In this document: piece after piece, positions 33,728 through 39,188 of the stretch
Position numbering within the stretch: position 1 is the stretch's first letter
Layout: every line of letters starts with the position of its first letter
Origin: Nemertoderma westbladi
Lineage: Eukaryota; Animalia; Xenacoelomorpha
NCBI GenBank assembly: GCA_032718475.1
Contig: JAUCBJ010001269.1
Span: 1-39,188 of the forward strand
DNA: 39,188 nucleotides
Reading direction: 5' to 3'
Notes under the pieces: model-generated
What the model saw: only the letters and a program-made list of their open reading frames with translations
Databases searched by the model: none
What the model was told of the DNA's origin: nothing
Program-made: the position numbers and the translations under genes

Positions 33728-36700
33728 ATGGTGGCTCTAAACTCACAACTCACCAGAACCTTGTCTCTATCGAGTTATAATTCAACTGGCTTTGGTCCGG
33801 ACAAGGTCAGTGTTATGGAAACACTTCTTCTGGGTTCAGACATACTATGTACCCAGGAGCACTTTTTATTAAAAGATAATTGCTATAAAATTCGCCAGAA
33901 ATTTAAAGGATACGGTCTTCATGTAAACCCAGCAAATTACAGATCAGATAACGCATTACACAGAGGTCGCCCAGCAGGCGGTATGTGTATGTTCTGGAAA
34001 AAAGAGTTATCACCATATATAAAGACAATAACCACAATAAACAGCCAACGACTTCAGGGAATCAAACTAAGTGGTAAAATGTCAATTAATAATGCTCCAG
34101 TCCTTATTCTAAACGTGTATTTCCCAACCGATGATAGAACATCTGTTTCAGATGAACTACTCGAGCTTCTAAACGAAATTCAGCAAGTCATTATTTCAGA
34201 AAACACACCAAATGTGATATTGGCAGGTGATATTAATTCGGATTTTCTAAGAGACACCCGACACGTTCAACATGTGTCAGAGTTTATTAATAATAATAGT
34301 ATGGATACATTATGGAACACATTCGATGTCGACTACACGTATCAGTTTGAAACAGAAAATGATGTTTCTTTTTCTACTATTGATCACTTCATATCAAGCG
34401 TTTCAATAATCGATCAGTGTCAGGAAGCGGGTGATTTACACCTAGCGGATAATTTATCCAATCACAGTCCCATATATTGCAAACTAAAGGTAAATAACGG
34501 AGTTGGCTGCGGTGATGACAGAGATCAATCAGCGGCGGCATCTAACCGAGTTCGATACAGTTTTAAACGAGCTTCGCCGACACAAAAACAAGAATTTCGC
34601 GATAAATTGTCAGTGATGTTGAATCAGCACAAATTAAGTGACTGCAACAGTTGGGAGTGTTCAATGTCAAGCCATAATATAGATATGGAAAATTTCGCAT
34701 TCAACATTCTAGAATCAATTAATGATGCTGCTGAGGTTCTACCATCAACTGGACGTTCTAGGCAAACTGATGATAAGAAACGGGAGCCAATGCCGGGTTG
34801 GAACGAACACGTCCGACCATATCGCGATGATATGCGTTTTTGGTATGATGTTTGGATTTCCGCGGGAAGACCGAGAGCTCAGAATAATCAGATATTTTTG
34901 CAATACAACCGGGCACATCTGCAATATAAATACGCTATTAAAAGGGTAAAAAAGCAGACAAACAAACTCAGATGCAACAAACTATTATCGGCGGCGGTAA
35001 AAGGACATTTAAATCTATTTGAGGAGTTACGGAAATTTCGACAATGTAATAGGGTAGAAAGTTTTAGTATCAATGGCGAATCGGATCCTAAAATTACTGC
35101 AGATAATTTTGGGAAATTATATAGCGATCTATTTAATCAAAATAATGATATTGATCTGTCACATATACAGTCTGAAATAGAAAGCAAAGTTAGAAGTTTG
35201 GGGGCACATGAAATGTTTAACTCAAATGAGTTGTTTACCGAAATAACTGTTAAGGCGGCTTTAAACCGATTGAAAAGTGGTAAATCTGACGTATTGTACG
35301 GTTTTGACTCAGACTGTATAATTAATGGTGGGGACGTTTTATTAGATAATTTATGTACTCTTTTTAATGCAATACTTATTCATGGCTACGTACCCAAGTG
35401 TTTAGTTAGTTGGGCATTAGTACCTATTATTAAAAGTAATTTAGGTGACATAGGTAATTCAAACAACTATCGTGGAATAGCGATTTCATCTATAATTCTA
35501 AAGGTATTTGAAGGAACGGTGCTTATTTCACAGCAGGATAAAATCAAGTTAGATGAACTACAGTTTGGTTTTACAAAAAGATCTGGCACGATAATGTGTT
35601 CGTGGGCAGTAACAGAAGTTGTTGGTTATTACAGTAGAAATGGTACACCCGTTTATGGGTGTCTACTAGACTTAACAAAAGCGTTCGACTTAATTGAATG
35701 GGAGAAATTATTTTGTGAACTATTGAAAAGTGGCGTTTCAGTTGTTATAGTTAGATGTTTAGTACACTTATATATATCGCAAATTTGCTACGTACGTTGG
35801 GCCTCTGTCAATTCAAATCATTTTTCATTAAGTAATGGTGTTAGGCAAGGCTCAGTGCTCTCGCCTACATTATTTTGCGTCGTTATTAACATACTAATTA
35901 AGCGTTTACGATCTAGTAAGATTGGTTGCTGTATTTCTTCATGTTACTTCGGAATTTTGGCATATGCCGATGATATTTTTCTTCTGTGTCCATCAGTGGC
36001 CGGTTTACAACATATGGTTAGCATTTGTCAGGATTTTTGTAAAGAATTTAAACTGAAACTGAGTACGGATAAAGATCCTAATAAATGTAAGACAAAGTGT
36101 GTACCATTCAATTTTAAGTGGGCACCGCCACAGACTCATATTTATGTAAATGAATTACCAATTCCTTGGGTAAAGGAAGCACTTCATTTAGGGAATTTAT
36201 TGGACTATAATATGTGTTTAAAACGAGAGTTGGACATTAAACGTGGTAAATTCCTCGGGAAATTGAGTAGTCTAAGACAAGAGTTATTTTTCAGTGATCC
36301 GGACGTTTTGTTGAAAGTACAGAGTCTGTATACATTTAGTTTTTATGGTTGTGCCCTTTGGAATCTATTTTCTCCTGAGAGTACAAGAATATACACAACA
36401 TGGAATAATAATGTGCGTTATATATGGGACTTACCTTATACTACACATAGATACATTGTTGAAGATATTGTGCAATTTTGTCATCCTAAACGTTTGCTGT
36501 GTTCCAGATTTGTTTCATTTGCTAAAAGTATGCATACATCCCACAAGTTTTGTATTAGTTTTTTAGCCAGATTAACATTCAATGACTGTCGGACTCGTAG
36601 TGGAGTAAACTTAAGAAAAATTGCAAATGACTGTTCTGTTAATGATTTGTGTAATTTGTGTCCAACAATAGTAAATGCAGAGCGATATGTTCCTACACCA

Positions 36701-36826
36701 GATAGTTGTAGTTGGAGAGCAAATTTTTGTTCAGAGGTACACAATTGTTTACGTGGTGTCACAGAGGTGCCCGGGTTTACTAATTTGGAGCTTGCGACAA
36801 TGAGAAATATTGTGGCTACCGAATAG
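33728..36826 (+). CDS. LINE ORF2: APE endonuclease + reverse transcriptase
   Basis: Intact 1032 aa. SYNSTG, TQEH, AGDIN, IDH, SNH, PGWN, DLTKAFD, RQGSVLSP, YADD. Confidence 0.95.
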   Translation: MVALNSQLTRTLSLSSYNSTGFGPDKVSVMETLLLGSDILCTQEHFLLKDNCYKIRQKFKGYGLHVNPANYRSDNALHRGRPAGGMCMFWKKELSPYIKTITTINSQRLQGIKLSGKMSINNAPVLILNVYFPTDDRTSVSDELLELLNEIQQVIISENTPNVILAGDINSDFLRDTRHVQHVSEFINNNSMDTLWNTFDVDYTYQFETENDVSFSTIDHFISSVSIIDQCQEAGDLHLADNLSNHSPIYCKLKVNNGVGCGDDRDQSAAASNRVRYSFKRASPTQKQEFRDKLSVMLNQHKLSDCNSWECSMSSHNIDMENFAFNILESINDAAEVLPSTGRSRQTDDKKREPMPGWNEHVRPYRDDMRFWYDVWISAGRPRAQNNQIFLQYNRAHLQYKYAIKRVKKQTNKLRCNKLLSAAVKGHLNLFEELRKFRQCNRVESFSINGESDPKITADNFGKLYSDLFNQNNDIDLSHIQSEIESKVRSLGAHEMFNSNELFTEITVKAALNRLKSGKSDVLYGFDSDCIINGGDVLLDNLCTLFNAILIHGYVPKCLVSWALVPIIKSNLGDIGNSNNYRGIAISSIILKVFEGTVLISQQDKIKLDELQFGFTKRSGTIMCSWAVTEVVGYYSRNGTPVYGCLLDLTKAFDLIEWEKLFCELLKSGVSVVIVRCLVHLYISQICYVRWASVNSNHFSLSNGVRQGSVLSPTLFCVVINILIKRLRSSKIGCCISSCYFGILAYADDIFLLCPSVAGLQHMVSICQDFCKEFKLKLSTDKDPNKCKTKCVPFNFKWAPPQTHIYVNELPIPWVKEALHLGNLLDYNMCLKRELDIKRGKFLGKLSSLRQELFFSDPDVLLKVQSLYTFSFYGCALWNLFSPESTRIYTTWNNNVRYIWDLPYTTHRYIVEDIVQFCHPKRLLCSRFVSFAKSMHTSHKFCISFLARLTFNDCRTRSGVNLRKIANDCSVNDLCNLCPTIVNAERYVPTPDSCSWRANFCSEVHNCLRGVTEVPGFTNLELATMRNIVATE

Positions 36827-37033
36827 AATATCAATTTTCAATATATTTTAGGATTCATTCTTTGTTTAATTTATGAAACTATGATAATTAATATTTTGTA
36901 TGTAATGTCCCACCAATATGTGCTGTATTACTCAACTATGCCCGACTATACTCTTACCACTATACTCTTACCGGTCATAAGTACGTTGTGCAGTATTATA
37001 ATTACTTGCGCGAAATAAACGAATAATAATAAT

Positions 37034-37235
37034 GTTCTAACCCCGGAAGCTTAAAGAGAAAACGCCTGTCACCGAGTGTGGTGGTGGATGAAGATGGGTT
37101 TCAGACAGTTAGGGGTCCAGTTCGACGTCAGCGCCCAGCCTATATCCAAGGAACAGGGAAACGCGATGGCGATGTACCGGTAAAAGCAGCAGATGATGAA
37201 GTATTTGTTTTTCGTTTACATCACCAATCAACCAA
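37034..37235 (+). repeat. Exact 202-bp copy of ORF1-internal sequence 33248-33449
   Basis: Base-by-base identical by eye; offset 3786 bp. Confidence 0.95.
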
Positions 37236-39188
37236 TATATATATATAATGCTACAGGCGTCAACCTGCCAATCACCACATCCTCTGAGGATGAGTCACGG
37301 CGGTTCTACCACGCACAACTACCCGTTAGTGGGGGGGGGGTTGTTTAACGCGGTTAGTACTGTAGTAGTAGACGTAGTGCGATAGAGGATGGGGAGGGGG
37401 TAATTTAATGGTTAGTAGTAGACATAGTGATAGAGGGTGAGGGGTGGGGGTTATTAACATTTTGTAGTATAGGAGGGGGGGAGGGGGGGGGGGGGGGGGT
37501 TGTTTAACAGTTAGTAGTAGAATAGTGATAGGGAGTTAATATGAGGCATGTTTTCTCTGATCGTAATGGTTGTTATCAGGTTAAATGTGTAACCTCTATC
37601 TCATATATTGCTCTCGTCATTATTGGTTTATTTTGTATAAGTTTTGTATGACTTATATTCTGAAGGACTAATAATGCTGCCCGCCGTGTGGGGAATGGAG
37701 GGGAGGCTAATCCTAAGGTCGGTTATGAGTGTTTTATTAATCGTGTAGGGATGGGAGCATTGCGTGGTGGTTGGAAGGTCTGTAATTCGAGAGTCACTGG
37801 TGTTTGTTTATAGTCCATTAGCTGGAGTCATAAATCAACAGTTGACATGTTTATTCGTTTTAAAAAATTTCCCATAGATGTTGTTGGTTTGTTCTTGGTG
37901 AATATTCAATATAACAGGGGTATAAATTTATCTCCATAATTCTATCTTATAACAGAGGTATAAAATCGAGCTTTATCAATAAGATGATAGCAAATGGGGT
38001 ATCTTTGGGATGTTGATATCATTATAAATGTAATGAAAAGGCAGTGGTGGTGTGACATTGATTTTTGATGTGGTATAGTGAGATGTATTGGTAATCTGTT
38101 AATTGGTAGGGGAATAGTGTTTAGATGGATTGTTTTGTTGTGTATTTAGGAGAGATATTGCCCGTTATCATTATAGGTATAGAACCTGTATTAAATAGTA
38201 ATAGTATTTATTACTAACTAATCCAATTTTATTCTGTTTTTCTGATGTTGGGACGGTAGTTTGAGCGTTTTAGAGAAAAAAAAGTGGAAGATTTAGTTGG
38301 AAATTTGTTAGTTGGGTAGTGCGCTATGCTGTATCTTACCCATAGGTGCCCAGCCCAACACCTACAGGGGGTATTTAAGGAATACCCTACCCTGGGTTAG
38401 ATGTCTCTAGTGTTGCCACTAAAAGTTGCGGAACCCTATACCGCATGGAAATTAAAATCCCTGAAAGTAAAAAAAGTAAAAAATTTGGTGAAATGGGATG
38501 AAAGGGCCTGAAAATATGTAAATTAATGCATTTGAAATATTTCTGAAAAATATACATGAAAAAGAAGTAAATATCAGCCATATTAATTGCCAATTTGTTT
38601 GTTAGTTTATATCATGCTAGTTAAATTACAATCCCAGTATTTGTCAGATTTGTACAGTACCAATTATACCTTAATTTTTAACATGCGAGTATGTAAGAGT
38701 ATGTATTGACACTCGGCGAAATGATAGGTGAGCATTGCAATTAATTTAGTAAAAGTTTTGAACAATATATACAGTATTCCGTTAAGTAAGATTATGACTG
38801 ATATTCTCAGTAAATCATGCATTCGTCTTGCAAGCTTACCGCTCTAGTTGTATGATTCAACTTATCCTGTTTTTTTGTATTGGGTACAATCTTTCAGATC
38901 GTAGGAGTGGGTGGGTGTCGCGGTGTGGGGTAGAGTAGTGGGTTGGTGTGTGTTGATTTTATGTTCATTTTCGTCGGAGAGCGAGAGTGGGAGAGGTGAT
39001 GAGTTGGGGCAGTTCCGCGGCAATAATAATACTGCCTCTCAATAAAGAGACCCCCTTTACTGCTATCAGGGACGCGTTGTTCGACAGAGCCCCGTCAGCA
39101 AAAACAGCCAGTACCGCTAGTCGGTGGGGTTGACTTGTTGACGAGAGGCTATTTACAGGCGCATCGGTCAACCATTACTGACCACCAA

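Larger units (their letters stand above)
32279..37033 (+). mobile_element. Full-length two-ORF LINE (tentatively RTE-X-like), a different family from 11129-15786
   Basis: ORF1+ORF2, AATAAA near 37014 and an (AAT)n tail to 37033. The 5' boundary is approximate. Confidence 0.85.

Noticed and set aside
37278-37320. Penelope-type hammerhead at CTCTGAGGATGAG
   Set aside because: No downstream GAAA core or stem II.

Overview
AT-rich animal (invertebrate-like) genomic DNA dominated by transposable elements, with one host gene. The host gene is a rhodopsin-class GPCR on the + strand. Six exons (TM3 to stop, 10363..23759) splice into one frame, and the ORF track largely misses them. Three non-LTR retrotransposons have intact ORFs. 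One is a CR1/L2-group element (365..4474) whose APE-RT is preceded by a ~360-aa multi-hydrophobic-segment region and a 2A-like GDVHKNPGP motif. The other two are divergent ORF1+ORF2 elements, tentatively RTE-X-like (11129..15786 and ~32279..37033). Also present: decayed RTE copies, a Zator/Harbinger-type deletion derivative, several MITEs, a tRNA-derived SINE, a 2.3-kb 21-bp satellite, and nested non-autonomous Helitrons carrying a 146-bp tandem array in which most units contain a CTCF-like motif. The best candidates for something new are the membrane-protein/2A/APE-RT LINE, the Helitron-borne CTCF-motif array, and a 202-bp exact ORF1 copy appended behind a LINE tail. Clade names come from motif recognition by eye, not database searches.
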